Part shown: one piece after another, positions 29,503 to 39,683 of the stretch
How the letters are laid out: each line of letters opens with the position of its first letter
Numbering within the stretch: position 1 is the stretch's first letter
IMG/VR virus record: IMGVR_UViG_3300024262_000015
Span: 32,001-96,000 of that record
Length of the DNA: 64,000 bases
Source: a virus
Strand: one strand, 5' to 3'
The notes under the pieces: generated by a model
Databases searched by the model: none
The model's input: the letters and a program-made list of their open reading frames with translations, nothing else
What the model was told of the DNA's origin: nothing
Program-made: the position numbers and the translations under genes

Positions 29503-31710
29503 ATGTTCAGTGATAACGGTGATCAATACGCCGCCGAAATGGCCAAACTACTAGCCGCTCCCGAAACCCAAGCTCTGTTTGCTGCAGCACGTCGAAAAAC
29601 TGCCTCAGATACAGGACTAGGGAGGCTAAGTTTCGATAAAGTACTAAGCCACTTTATCACTGTAGCTGATTGGTGTGCTGACAATAAGCATGTGAGTCTT
29701 GCAAAGCGTCTTCTAACTCTAGGTATGAGCTTAGATAAAGAACACAGCGGAGCAAAAGACAGACATAAAGAAGCAGCCAGCTTTTTATCAGTAGCCAATG
29801 AACTAGACCGCCCTCTTAAGATTAGCTCTCTAAATGAAGCCGTTTACTGCATAGAAAAGTGTGCAGAATGGCTAGACGAATATACTCCAAATAAACTTGG
29901 AGCATATTCTGAAGAACTAGGCAAAATAGTTTCACTCGCTAAAATCGCCCAAGAAGTAGCAGAAGAAGAGATTTCCCTAACTCCCGATTCAGTCTTAATT
30001 GAAGAGGAGGTTATCACTGGCGACCCCGAAAAGGGCAGCGCTGACGCTCTCTATGGGGTTTTGTATCAAATGGCCCAGTACGCACACAAAAGGGGTCATA
30101 GCAATATTGGTGATAAAATAATTGATATTGCTAATGATTATGCAGACACTCAAGAAATGGATGATACTCAAAAGAAAATGATCCAGAAAGACTCGGCAAC
30201 AGTAGATAATGAAGAGGAATTTATGTCTGCTGCAGCAAAAGTTACTACAAAGATGCCTCTTGAAAGCGCTCATTTGCTTGATCACCATGATATGACCACT
30301 GGTAAAACAACTAACTCTTTAGCTACTTGGACCAAAGAAATGACTGGTAAAGACCTTTCAAACTCTGATGATCAAAACTGGCTTATGGCCTTTGAAGAAC
30401 TAGATGAAGAGGAAGAAGGTATGGATGACGATGGTGAAGAAGAGATGAGCTTTAGCGAAGAAGAGATGAGCTTTGGAGATGAGGATGAGGATGAGGACGA
30501 TGAAGATACCCTCAAGATTGAAGTCGAAGAAATCTCTGATGACCGCGCAAATATTGTTTTTGTAGGTGGCGGACGCTCTCTTCCTTATGAGTTAGATAAA
30601 GACGATGCTATGGGTCTTGCTGCTGCTCTTTGTGAAACCTTTGGAATGGACACAGGTCTTTTTGAGGGCGATGGTGAAGGCGATGAGACAGTAGACTATG
30701 ATCAAGAAGACTATGAAGGCGATAATGTCGTATCTATTAGTCTTATGGAAGAAGACGAAGATGACGAAGATGACGAAGTAGTAGAGCTAGACATGGAAGA
30801 GGCTGGAGGAGAAGGTGTTGCCGGAGCCCTCTCAGCTATCCTAAAAGAAGTTGGCGCTTCCGATAGGCTTCGAGAAAACCTCTATTCTTACGGTGCTAAA
30901 GAGAAAGAGAAAAAGAAGAAGAAGCCTAAAGCTAAAGATCGAGGGTATGTAGTTTTCAAAGCTACCGACAATGATGTAAATGATAACAAAAACCATTTCC
31001 CTCTTAACTCTGCTGGCCAAGCTCGCTCTGCCTTAAGCTATGCTAACGTTTATAAGAAATCTCCCCCTTGGTATGATGGTAGTCTTAAAAGCCTCCTAAA
31101 GAAGGTCGCAGATGCCGTAAAACGCCGCTCTAAGGAAAAAGGCTGGGGTATCGAGGTTAGCCCAGCGTCCTATAAACCTGGGGCTGCTAAAAAAAAAGGT
31201 AGCTTAAGCAATTATGGGCTAAGAAAAAGAGCAGAAGATGAAGATGATGAGCGTGATTCTATCCAAAAAGCTAAAGATAAAGAAGAAAGCTTAACTTTTG
31301 ATGAACGAAGAGAGAGGATGTGGAACGAAAGAGTTAGTGCTGGTAAATACCACCAATTATTCCAAGATTTAGATGCTGAAATTGTTACTCTTGCAAATCT
31401 TGGAGACGTTTTCGAAGGCAGGAGTGATAAATTTGTAACAAAAAAAAATATAAATCAAATAAGGGCGGCTGTAGACAAATCTAATGGGCGACTTTGGGAC
31501 TACTTTTATACAATTCTTCCTGGCCATCATAAAACTATCGGAACTCCAACGTGGCTTTTCTATAATTTAATGCCCAAAGAATTGAATCTTACTTACGATC
31601 ACGACAAACGTATGAAAGGCTTTTTAGAAAAAGCCATAGCAGTTATACAAAAAAACATTAATGAAAATGTTGAACTCTTAGAGAAAGAAGAAATAGCTTC
31701 TCTCTCTTAG
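29503..31710 (+). CDS. Highly acidic putative internal head protein
   Basis: D/E-rich core; HFPLNSAGQARSALSY (DUF6582-like by recall); KTAS, KEAA, KIAQ and KRAE motifs. Confidence 0.6.
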   Translation: MFSDNGDQYAAEMAKLLAAPETQALFAAARRKTASDTGLGRLSFDKVLSHFITVADWCADNKHVSLAKRLLTLGMSLDKEHSGAKDRHKEAASFLSVANELDRPLKISSLNEAVYCIEKCAEWLDEYTPNKLGAYSEELGKIVSLAKIAQEVAEEEISLTPDSVLIEEEVITGDPEKGSADALYGVLYQMAQYAHKRGHSNIGDKIIDIANDYADTQEMDDTQKKMIQKDSATVDNEEEFMSAAAKVTTKMPLESAHLLDHHDMTTGKTTNSLATWTKEMTGKDLSNSDDQNWLMAFEELDEEEEGMDDDGEEEMSFSEEEMSFGDEDEDEDDEDTLKIEVEEISDDRANIVFVGGGRSLPYELDKDDAMGLAAALCETFGMDTGLFEGDGEGDETVDYDQEDYEGDNVVSISLMEEDEDDEDDEVVELDMEEAGGEGVAGALSAILKEVGASDRLRENLYSYGAKEKEKKKKKPKAKDRGYVVFKATDNDVNDNKNHFPLNSAGQARSALSYANVYKKSPPWYDGSLKSLLKKVADAVKRRSKEKGWGIEVSPASYKPGAAKKKGSLSNYGLRKRAEDEDDERDSIQKAKDKEESLTFDERRERMWNERVSAGKYHQLFQDLDAEIVTLANLGDVFEGRSDKFVTKKNINQIRAAVDKSNGRLWDYFYTILPGHHKTIGTPTWLFYNLMPKELNLTYDHDKRMKGFLEKAIAVIQKNINENVELLEKEEIASLS

Positions 31711-31744
31711 TTCCTAAAGGGGCGATTGAAGGACCAAAAGTCAA

Positions 31745-32128
31745 ATGATAAAACGCGCTGCCAACATTTCCCCTTTTGAAAAGCTTTGGCTCACCAAGAT
31801 GGGCGATGAAGCGGTAACTCAAATTGACGAAGGAGGGGGATCCGAAGCAGTGACCCAAATTGATGAAGGGACTTTTCCATCAGTTTTGGAAGAGTATAAA
31901 TGGCAAGAAACCGCTACCCATAATCCTGAGCTTCCTGAGCACACACAAGGCCAGCGTATAGCAAAAAAGTTTCGTACCCTCCTTCGCGATACAATGACCC
32001 ATCACGAACGAGAAAAATTGTTTGCAGAATTTTTAGTACAAGAAAACCTTTTAACTAAAGAAGAAGCAAAACAAATCTCTCTAGCAGCCAGACCCCCTCC
32101 GTTTGCTCCTAAAAGCCAAAGAAGATAA
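31745..32128 (+). CDS. Hypothetical protein with EAVTQIDEG duplication
   Basis: Starts MIKRAA; tandem repeat with 39-bp period at about 31808-31870. Confidence 0.55.
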   Translation: MIKRAANISPFEKLWLTKMGDEAVTQIDEGGGSEAVTQIDEGTFPSVLEEYKWQETATHNPELPEHTQGQRIAKKFRTLLRDTMTHHEREKLFAEFLVQENLLTKEEAKQISLAARPPPFAPKSQRR

Positions 32129-32131
32129 ATG

Positions 32132-32388
32132 TTATTTTAACCTAGCCAATTTCTTTCGCTCTGTCCAAGACATTCTTTCCCCCGTTTCATATCCCAACGC
32201 TTTAAGCTCTAAATATTTTTCATGCTTCCGGGTTAAATAAACATTAGCATCCTTGTAGATCCAATGAAGAAATTTATAGGCTTGATGATTGCTTGTTTTC
32301 TATGAACATTAACTATCGTCCCTATCTTAGAAATAGAAGTTCCCTTGTTATATTCCTATATGATGATGTGCTTGGTATTTTCTGACAT
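32132..32388 (-). pseudogene. LAGLIDADG homing endonuclease remnant
   Basis: Minus strand reads MSENTKHIII*EYNKGTSISKIGTIVNVHRK (HTH), then a frameshift, then KFLHWIYKDANVYLTRKHEKY, a typical LAGLIDADG C-terminus. Confidence 0.65.
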
Positions 32389-32491
32389 TCATAGGAAATC
32401 TTAGCATGTTTTTGAATGCTTACAAAATCTTATACAGGACTTAAATGAAAAATCGAAAACCTCAACAATATCAAGGAGTTATATCCTAAAA

Positions 32492-33172
32492 TTGGTACAA
32501 ACAGGTTACGGGTTACCCATGAGTTGGCCTGTAGACCCTAATTCAACCTTTCAACCAGGCCAAATAGCACAACTGGGAGCGCTAGGTAATAACATCGTCT
32601 GTGGTGTTTCTGATGGTACGGCTCCTATTGGTATTATAGATGATATCAAAACAAAGGCCTTCACCGCTCCCTCAATTAATGAGGTTGTCATTGCTCCCGC
32701 TATTGGTGAACGTAGAGACGGCCAAATCGTTTCTATCCATGACGTTAATGCTCTATTAAAGAACTCTAATATCACAGCATCAAGCTTCATTAGCGACCCC
32801 GTAAGTGTAGAATTGGTCCCTAAAAATGGAGTCATCATCTTTCCTGCTGGTACCCCTCTAAACTTTTCTCTAGAAGGAACCGGTAACTTCGACTCTATTC
32901 GAACCGTTGTTAACTACACCTATCAAGTCCCCAACGTGCCTGGTGATGATACAACCCAAGCGTCTGGCCATGTAACAGTCTGGTTTCAACGTATGATCTT
33001 TCAAACCGATCAGTATGAAACCAATCAACGTTATGCTCTAGGAGATAACGTGTTTGTTAATGAATCCGGACTCCTAACTAGCAGACAGGTAAGCGCTATT
33101 AATCCTGGAGTTGGGCTTATTACTGGCCCTCCCACGAGTCCTTTTAGTATGATAGAGTGCTTGTGGTTGTGA
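32492..33172 (+). CDS. Head decoration/cement-like protein (paralog 1)
   Basis: FQPGQI, SDGTAPIGIIDD, SGHVTVW, FQTDQYE, VFVNESGLLT. The in-frame ATC at 32483 may be the true start. Confidence 0.65.
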   Translation: MVQTGYGLPMSWPVDPNSTFQPGQIAQLGALGNNIVCGVSDGTAPIGIIDDIKTKAFTAPSINEVVIAPAIGERRDGQIVSIHDVNALLKNSNITASSFISDPVSVELVPKNGVIIFPAGTPLNFSLEGTGNFDSIRTVVNYTYQVPNVPGDDTTQASGHVTVWFQRMIFQTDQYETNQRYALGDNVFVNESGLLTSRQVSAINPGVGLITGPPTSPFSMIECLWL

Positions 33173-33284
33173 TTACTCCACTCCCTACAAGGCCATTTTG
33201 GAACTTAGAGGTAGCTGCCTGCTGGTCATACAAATAAAAGCTTTTAAAATTTGCTAAACGCTGCTCTGGTGTTATAGTAAAGAT

Positions 33285-34406
33285 ATGTTCATTTATAAAG
33301 TTACACATAAGGTAAGTAAAAGAGTTTATGTTGGCCAAGCTATTGATGTGAAAAAGCGTTGGGGTGAACATAAAACCAAGGCTCGTGCTGTTTTGCGAGG
33401 GGATAAGACTATTGAAAATAAAGATATTCAAAAATTTCATGTTGCCTTAGCTAAAGAGGGTTTAGAGAATTTTGTATTTGAAATTATCGAGCCTGTTAAG
33501 AGTCGTAACTTAGCAAATGAACGAGAGGCTTATTGGATGGGGTTTTATAGAGCCTCAACCGAAGGATATAATGGAAGTCCCCGAGTTTGTGGGTTAGAAA
33601 AACATTCGGAAAAAACACTTCAGCTACTAAAAAGCAATTGGGCCAAAGATCATCCTCCAGAATCCATAGAAAAAACGGCCGAAGCAAATCGCGGGAGGAT
33701 AATGACCGATGAGCAAAAACGAAAAATCTCAGAAGCCAACAAAGGCAATCAAAATTGTTTAGGAACCAAGCAATCTCAAGAAACAATTAATAAACGCCGA
33801 ATTGTACAAGCCAAAAATTATGGTCCTAAGCTATGTTCTGCTCCGGACTGTGAGAGAACGGATGGTTTCAAGGTCAAAAGCGAAACCTTTTACTGTCAAA
33901 TGCATGCGGCCCGATTGAGGCTGCATGGGTCTTTGGAAGAACCTATTCGTCCGTCTCCTCCAAACAAAGGGGTGCCGATGTCTGAGGAGACTAAGAGAAA
34001 GGTTTCAGAAGGTCGTAAAGGAAAATGTATGGGTGAAGCAAATCCTTTTTATGGAAAGAAGCATGACCCTGAAACAATGGAAAGAATTCGGCAGCATAGT
34101 TTAGGAAAAGAGCCGCCCAATAAAATTAAGTTTACCCCGGAGCAAGAAAAAGAAATTGCTCATGACAAACGAAGCATGCATGTAGTAGCCAAGGAATGGG
34201 GAGTAAGTCATCGTGTAATATCTCGTTTAAGGAAGGAGCATGGTATCTCTGGGCGTTTGGATAGAAGAATATTTAGCAAGGAAGAGCGAGAGAAAATAGC
34301 TTTAGATCCTCGGATACTTAGAGAGGTAGCTAAGGATTGGGGAGTGAGTCGGGATACAATTAGATCAGTTAAAAAAGAGCATAAACAGCTACTTAATCAT
34401 GTGTAA
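33285..34406 (+). mobile_element. Free-standing GIY-YIG homing endonuclease with NUMOD3 and HTH repeats
   Basis: FIYKVT...VYVGQA, RWGEH, EREAYW, GYN; NUMOD3 motifs (SEETKRKVS, NPFYGKKH); two C-terminal HTHs. Confidence 0.9.
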
Positions 34407-34445
34407 GAAGGTGTTCCAAAATTAAGCATATTTTCGAGTTAAAAT

Positions 34446-34995
34446 ATGGATTCAGTAATAAAATATGCTGCTGTTTATAAAACTGCTGTTGAAGAAGAGT
34501 TTAGCTTTGAAGAGGTCAAAGAAGAGGAACCTGAAGGGCTTGACGAAGAATCTTCTAAAGTTATAAGTGCATTAGAACACTTTTCTCCTCGTCAATTAGC
34601 TCTTCATTCAAGTCATGAAAGCCCTTTAGTTAGGGCGGCGGTTATTCCCTACTTAACTCTTGAAGGAGTTTTTAGTGTTAAGAGATGAAGAAGATCCAAT
34701 AGTATTTGAAGCTATAGCTGCGCGTCCAGAAAAAGAAGTTGTAAGGTCTTTAATACATCCTCGTCTTAAAAGGTTGTTTTTCCCTGAGATAATGGACACG
34801 CTCATTGAGGTTCATGGCCCAGAGTTAAAAAAAATAGAGATTTCACATATTCTTAGAAACCTTAAGCAGTATCCGGAAACACAATTAAAAGCTCTTCAAT
34901 ATATCCCGAAAGAACTGTATAAGGATATGGCTAAAGATAAAAGAACATTTTCTTATGAGATGAGGAAAGCTCTCCGAGAAATGGGTAGAAGCTAA
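34446..34995 (+). CDS. HEAT-repeat-like protein split by a +1 frameshift (34446..34688 and 34660..34995)
   Basis: HESPLVRAAV and DEEDPIVFEAIA repeats become continuous if one T is removed from the T5 run at 34669-34673. Confidence 0.5.
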
Positions 34996-35582
34996 TCTTG
35001 CCACACCCGTTCTTTTTTAGGAGTAGAATCTAGCATTATTACTTTGCCCTTAGATCTTGGGGACGGGAGAAAATGAAACCATGCATATTCACAAGCATCC
35101 GTTCCTCCGTCTGTAAAGGACGGTCTATTAGGAAGAACATACATATCTGGCATATGATTTTTTAAAAAGTCATGACGCTTTTGAGACCCAAGAAAATTAA
35201 TTCTTAGTAGCATGATTGTATGAGGGGCTTGGGTTATGGCTTCTTTAATAAATTCTAGAGCATATCTATATGGGGGATTGGTAAAAATCACATCTGCCTT
35301 TGGTTTAGATGATACTTTTAGATAATCGGCTATTTGGTATTCATCAATGGAGCTTTCGAGTGAGTTGATATATTTATTTTGTATCTCTATTCCGGCTGTT
35401 GTGGCTTGAGGAGAGAACTTTTTAATGACAGATAGGAGATGACCACTACCCGCACAAGGGTCCAGGTAAGAGCCAGATGAGGGAAGGAACGGCATCTTTT
35501 CTAAAGCTCTACGGATGGCCCATGAAGGTGTGGGGTAATCGTCTAAGAACATACGGGGAGCGCCTCTTTGGGTTGCTGACAT
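34992..35582 (-). CDS. DNA amino (N6-adenine/N4-cytosine) methyltransferase
   Basis: DDYPTP, SAM motif LDPCAGSG, catalytic NPPY. Confidence 0.85.
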   Translation of the reverse strand: MSATQRGAPRMFLDDYPTPSWAIRRALEKMPFLPSSGSYLDPCAGSGHLLSVIKKFSPQATTAGIEIQNKYINSLESSIDEYQIADYLKVSSKPKADVIFTNPPYRYALEFIKEAITQAPHTIMLLRINFLGSQKRHDFLKNHMPDMYVLPNRPSFTDGGTDACEYAWFHFLPSPRSKGKVIMLDSTPKKERVWQD

Positions 35583-35609
35583 AGGGGAGAGCTTAGCAGG
35601 GAGTTAATA

Positions 35610-35996
35610 GTGTTTCAAGTAAGAGAAGCGACCGGAAAGCCATCACGTTATTTCCCTCACCCAGATTATGATTTTAAGGCGGGGTCTCCAGTTTCTATAG
35701 ATGATAATGGGTTAGTGGTACCTTGCTTATCTAATTCTCCTATAGGAATAATAGGAGGCGATTGTGATAGTGGTATGTATTCAATATCGCCTGAAAATTT
35801 TGTATATGTTTGGACTTGTAGGATCTTATTTGATACGGACAATATAGAGGATGGGGCTTATTTTAGTGGAGATTTGTTATATATAAAAGATGGTAAATTT
35901 ACTAGGATAATTCAGGGACCGGAGCTTTTAGCGGTAGGAAGAGTGGTTGTTGCTAATGAGGCTAAGTACCCTTGTATTACGGCGTTGGTGTTTTAA
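35610..35996 (+). CDS. Head decoration-like protein (short paralog 2)
   Basis: FKAGS, SPIGIIG, VYVW, FDTDNIE and LYIKDGKFT align with 32492..33172. Confidence 0.6.
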   Translation: MFQVREATGKPSRYFPHPDYDFKAGSPVSIDDNGLVVPCLSNSPIGIIGGDCDSGMYSISPENFVYVWTCRILFDTDNIEDGAYFSGDLLYIKDGKFTRIIQGPELLAVGRVVVANEAKYPCITALVF

Positions 35997-36064
35997 TTGG
36001 TTCTCTGTTACTAGAATAATATGTAAGGGAGGGATGATTACATCAATTTAAAGGATTTGTTCTT

Positions 36065-36379
36065 ATGGACATGGACAATCGTGCATTAATGGACTCAGAG
36101 ATTTTTCGAGCATTCGCAGCACACGAAGCCCAGAAAAAACGAGAAGAAGAGGAAGCCAAGGATCCATTTAAAGATCGAGTAGCTTCCGTGTGTGAAAAGG
36201 TAAAGGTAGTTGAGGCTTGGGTAGAGTTTGAGAAGAAGGTAAATTCTACTCCCTACTTGCTGTCATACTTTAAGAAAGCCAGGGCTACATTAGATGAGCA
36301 TCCCGAGCTTAGAGAAAAGGTTAATAAGAAATTTCTCATGGCTTTAGATTCATTAAATTTGGAGCAAGAAGATGAATAA
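36065..36379 (+). CDS. Hypothetical protein
   Basis: 104 aa; DSEIFRAF resembles the N-terminus of the 40672 protein (KSKIFDEY). Confidence 0.55.
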   Translation: MDMDNRALMDSEIFRAFAAHEAQKKREEEEAKDPFKDRVASVCEKVKVVEAWVEFEKKVNSTPYLLSYFKKARATLDEHPELREKVNKKFLMALDSLNLEQEDE

Positions 36380-39300
36380 ACGAGTAGAGGCAGCGGCACA
36401 AGAGCTAGTTCAAAAGAATAACGCTCGATTAAGCAATAAGCTTTATACTTTGGTATCTGGACTTAAAAAGAAAGGATATGTAAAAGAGGCTGCTGAATTA
36501 GAGCAAGCGGTTTTTAATTATAAGACATCTGAGATCCATCTTTACAATGTATTTGATCGGACCGGTGAAGATTTTTTGGAAGAAGCGTATCCTGATGGTG
36601 GGTATGATGTAGATCCAGAAAGTGAATACGGAAAATTTTATACTCCATTAGAACAGGCTCGAATAATGCGAGAGCTTGTTAGCAAGAGGCCTACTGGTAA
36701 TTTAAATCTTGTTGTTAAAAAAAAAGCTAGCTACATAAAAAAAGCTAGTAAAGAAGCTGAGTATGAAGCATGGGTAGAGGCAACAAGGGCGGCTCATAAG
36801 AACACCTCTTCTGATCCTTTTCCTGAGGAATTTTATCAAAATAATGTATTTAATAAAAAACGCCAATCTATGGGACTTTCTCCAATAAGCTTTGAAAAAG
36901 AAACGGAAGTAACTTCTCAGCCATCTAGTGAATCTAGTGATAGAGAAGTTACTTCTGAACAATTAACGAATATGCTAGCTGAAAATGCCAGAAAACTGTA
37001 TTCGGTTATCACTAAAGAAGGAGTTGAAACAGTAGACGATATCATCAAAGTTAAAAATTTTCTTACTCTATATTATGGTCTTGAAAAGGACGAGTGGACC
37101 GATACTCCAGTCGAATTGGCGGAACCGATTTTGGATGCGGCTATAGCAATAGAACATATAGGTATTCCCAACACCAGTACTGGTCTTAAAGAAATGAAAT
37201 CTGAAGTCAATCAGTGGTTTATGACCGATACTGACATGGATGATAATAAAATCAAAATCTGGGCAAGAAGTGTTAAAGAATGGTTAAGTGATAAAAACTT
37301 ATCTGCTGCACAGATTGAAAAGCTTGAAGAGGATATGGCGAAGATTGATGAGCAATCACGCTCGCTTAAATCTCTAACAGGCAACCCCACAAACAGTCCT
37401 GAATGGTGGCACAACGTCTCAGTAATGGTTAACAACTTAATAAAACAAATCAAAGATGTGGGCTCAATCTTTGATTCAAAAATTGATAACCCGCTAAAAA
37501 TCCTTAAAAATATGCAGACGGAACTTGCTAAGCAGACTACCAAAACCAAAATTCGTTCTATCCTCCCTTCTTCACAAACAACGCCTCTAAATACTGATTT
37601 TGTTGGAATTCCTTTGGCAGTTTATACAGAGCTTACGGGACTCGCAGATACATTAATAGATAACTGGGAGGCCGTTCGCGAACAAATTCAAAGTAATCAG
37701 GATTTGGCTCCAGCGCTTCGCGGAAGAAAAGCTCAAGCAGCGGCGGATAACAAAGCCTTGTGGACTATGTTTAAAGAGGCTTTTTCTCCATTTAATCAGG
37801 GCCAAAAATTCTTGGATTTTCGCTCGGCTGTAGCAGACCACGATAGGCTTCGTCCCTATGGGGACACTCATCTTTCATCTCCTACAGCAATTAGAACTTT
37901 AAGCGCTCTTTCTACAAACCTACTTGAACAAATGCGTAAAGATTACGGCGGGGGAAACCGTAAGCCCCTTCCAAAACCCGGACTTCAAGGATCAGCAAAA
38001 GATCCCGCTCAAGAGCCGGCGGACGAGAGCGTTTCTTTTTTTAATGAGGAAATGGGCTTTAATACTCCCGCTAACTGGGAACCTGGAGGTATAAAAAAAA
38101 AGGCTTTCCTAGAAACCGGCGATCCTCCCACTAGAGGCGCCTCCCCCTCTTCCTCTCAAAGAAGAGGTCCAAGGCGGGGTCCGGGAGTTATTTTACCTGA
38201 GGTAGAAGCTCTTCAACAAACCCTTGTATCATTAGCAAATTTCCTTGCTACAGAAGACGGGCTTAAAAGAGCAACCACATCTCGTGAATTAGGTGGTTTG
38301 GGAGTAGAGCCGAATGAAATAAACAGGGTTATAGCTCAACTTAAACTAGTAGGAAATGCTGACAAAAAATGGGGACCTAATACTAACAAGGGTGTAACAG
38401 GGCTTAAAGATCTTTATAATTTGGCGACTGGGAAAACCGCCGATATCCCTTCTAACATCCATTTTAGATCTACTACCAAACCAGAACTTTTAGAGCAGGT
38501 AAGTAAAGCTTTAGGTTACATAAAAGAAATAAGCAATGAACTTGGAGTAGGTAATATTGCCCAACGTCGTCAAACAGCTACTACCAGTTCTATAATAGAT
38601 AAAATTAATCCAGCCTACCAAACAGCTAACTTGGTTGATTGGGATGTGGCTGTTGGGGAGCCAAGAATAAATGTAATGAGAAAAGACATTTCTTCTTTAT
38701 CTAATTTTGTTAATTTCCTAAGAAATAATAAATGGATTAAGGGAGCGTCTTCTCCTGTAGAATTGGCTTTACTAAAAATGGGACAAGCCCCGATGCCTAG
38801 TGCTGATTATCCAGCAGTTCCAGAAATGGGAGGAGAAGCCTCTAAACCTAACCGCACACCTCAGGTTACTGTACTTCCCCCTGGGTCTCAACAGGCTTCT
38901 CAACAAAGAACTCAAACCAAAATAAAAGAGCAGGAACAGGCCAGACGAAACCAAACGCACACAGGATTTACATTTGGAGACATGACCAGAGCGCTTAAAC
39001 TATTCGTGGCTCGTGGTAGACAAAAAGGATATGGGCGGGAAATGCTTGCGCTCCAGAACCAATGGCTTACGGGTCTTAATAATCACTTTCCAAAATATGC
39101 GCTAGCTCGGCCACTGTTTATAGAAGACATTGCTTTGGTATCAACAGGTCCTCTCCCCGGTCAAGGAAGTCGCCAACAAATCCAACAAGGTCAACCAGTG
39201 GCGGCTCAACCAGGGGCTCCTCAAACAGGCCAGTTACCAGGGAGTCCAGATATCTTTGGTCCAATTTTAAACTTAGGGATGAACGTTGGAGGGGTTGATG

Positions 39301-39677
39301 TACCCTTTGCACATCCAGGTTTTGAAACATTAGTTAAATTTACTCAATTAAGAAATTGGACCAGTGGGCAAGACGCACCCACTATCCTATTCAACGCTTT
39401 AGCCCCGACGCAGATTAAACAACAGCTTCAACGGCCAAAGGTACCTATCGAGAGAAGACGACCTAATGAAATTTATACACCAATGGATTGGGTACGTAGG
39501 CTTACACAATACATGAGTCTTTATTTGCCAGAGCTATGGAAGGCCTGGTCTGAAGGGAAAACTCATGAGGAAATAATAAAAGAATCTTCAAAATATCGCA
39601 AATGGGCGATGGCGGTTCAATATATGCCCGGATATATTGATGACATTGTACAGTTCTACAAAGGTCGAACGTATTAG
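36372..39677 (+). CDS. Large putative inner-core/ejection protein with peptidoglycan-binding-like motif
   Basis: 1101 aa; VEALQQTL...ADKKWGPNTNKGV resembles PG_binding_1; AYPDGG module; KKAS (twice), KKAF and KMGQ motifs. Confidence 0.6.
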   Translation: MNKRVEAAAQELVQKNNARLSNKLYTLVSGLKKKGYVKEAAELEQAVFNYKTSEIHLYNVFDRTGEDFLEEAYPDGGYDVDPESEYGKFYTPLEQARIMRELVSKRPTGNLNLVVKKKASYIKKASKEAEYEAWVEATRAAHKNTSSDPFPEEFYQNNVFNKKRQSMGLSPISFEKETEVTSQPSSESSDREVTSEQLTNMLAENARKLYSVITKEGVETVDDIIKVKNFLTLYYGLEKDEWTDTPVELAEPILDAAIAIEHIGIPNTSTGLKEMKSEVNQWFMTDTDMDDNKIKIWARSVKEWLSDKNLSAAQIEKLEEDMAKIDEQSRSLKSLTGNPTNSPEWWHNVSVMVNNLIKQIKDVGSIFDSKIDNPLKILKNMQTELAKQTTKTKIRSILPSSQTTPLNTDFVGIPLAVYTELTGLADTLIDNWEAVREQIQSNQDLAPALRGRKAQAAADNKALWTMFKEAFSPFNQGQKFLDFRSAVADHDRLRPYGDTHLSSPTAIRTLSALSTNLLEQMRKDYGGGNRKPLPKPGLQGSAKDPAQEPADESVSFFNEEMGFNTPANWEPGGIKKKAFLETGDPPTRGASPSSSQRRGPRRGPGVILPEVEALQQTLVSLANFLATEDGLKRATTSRELGGLGVEPNEINRVIAQLKLVGNADKKWGPNTNKGVTGLKDLYNLATGKTADIPSNIHFRSTTKPELLEQVSKALGYIKEISNELGVGNIAQRRQTATTSSIIDKINPAYQTANLVDWDVAVGEPRINVMRKDISSLSNFVNFLRNNKWIKGASSPVELALLKMGQAPMPSADYPAVPEMGGEASKPNRTPQVTVLPPGSQQASQQRTQTKIKEQEQARRNQTHTGFTFGDMTRALKLFVARGRQKGYGREMLALQNQWLTGLNNHFPKYALARPLFIEDIALVSTGPLPGQGSRQQIQQGQPVAAQPGAPQTGQLPGSPDIFGPILNLGMNVGGVDVPFAHPGFETLVKFTQLRNWTSGQDAPTILFNALAPTQIKQQLQRPKVPIERRRPNEIYTPMDWVRRLTQYMSLYLPELWKAWSEGKTHEEIIKESSKYRKWAMAVQYMPGYIDDIVQFYKGRTY

Positions 39678-39683
39678 GGGCCA

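Noticed and set aside
33172-34440. Group I intron around the GIY-YIG gene
   Set aside because: No P/Q/R/S core elements like those in the MCP introns, and the upstream gene ends at a position matching its paralogs.
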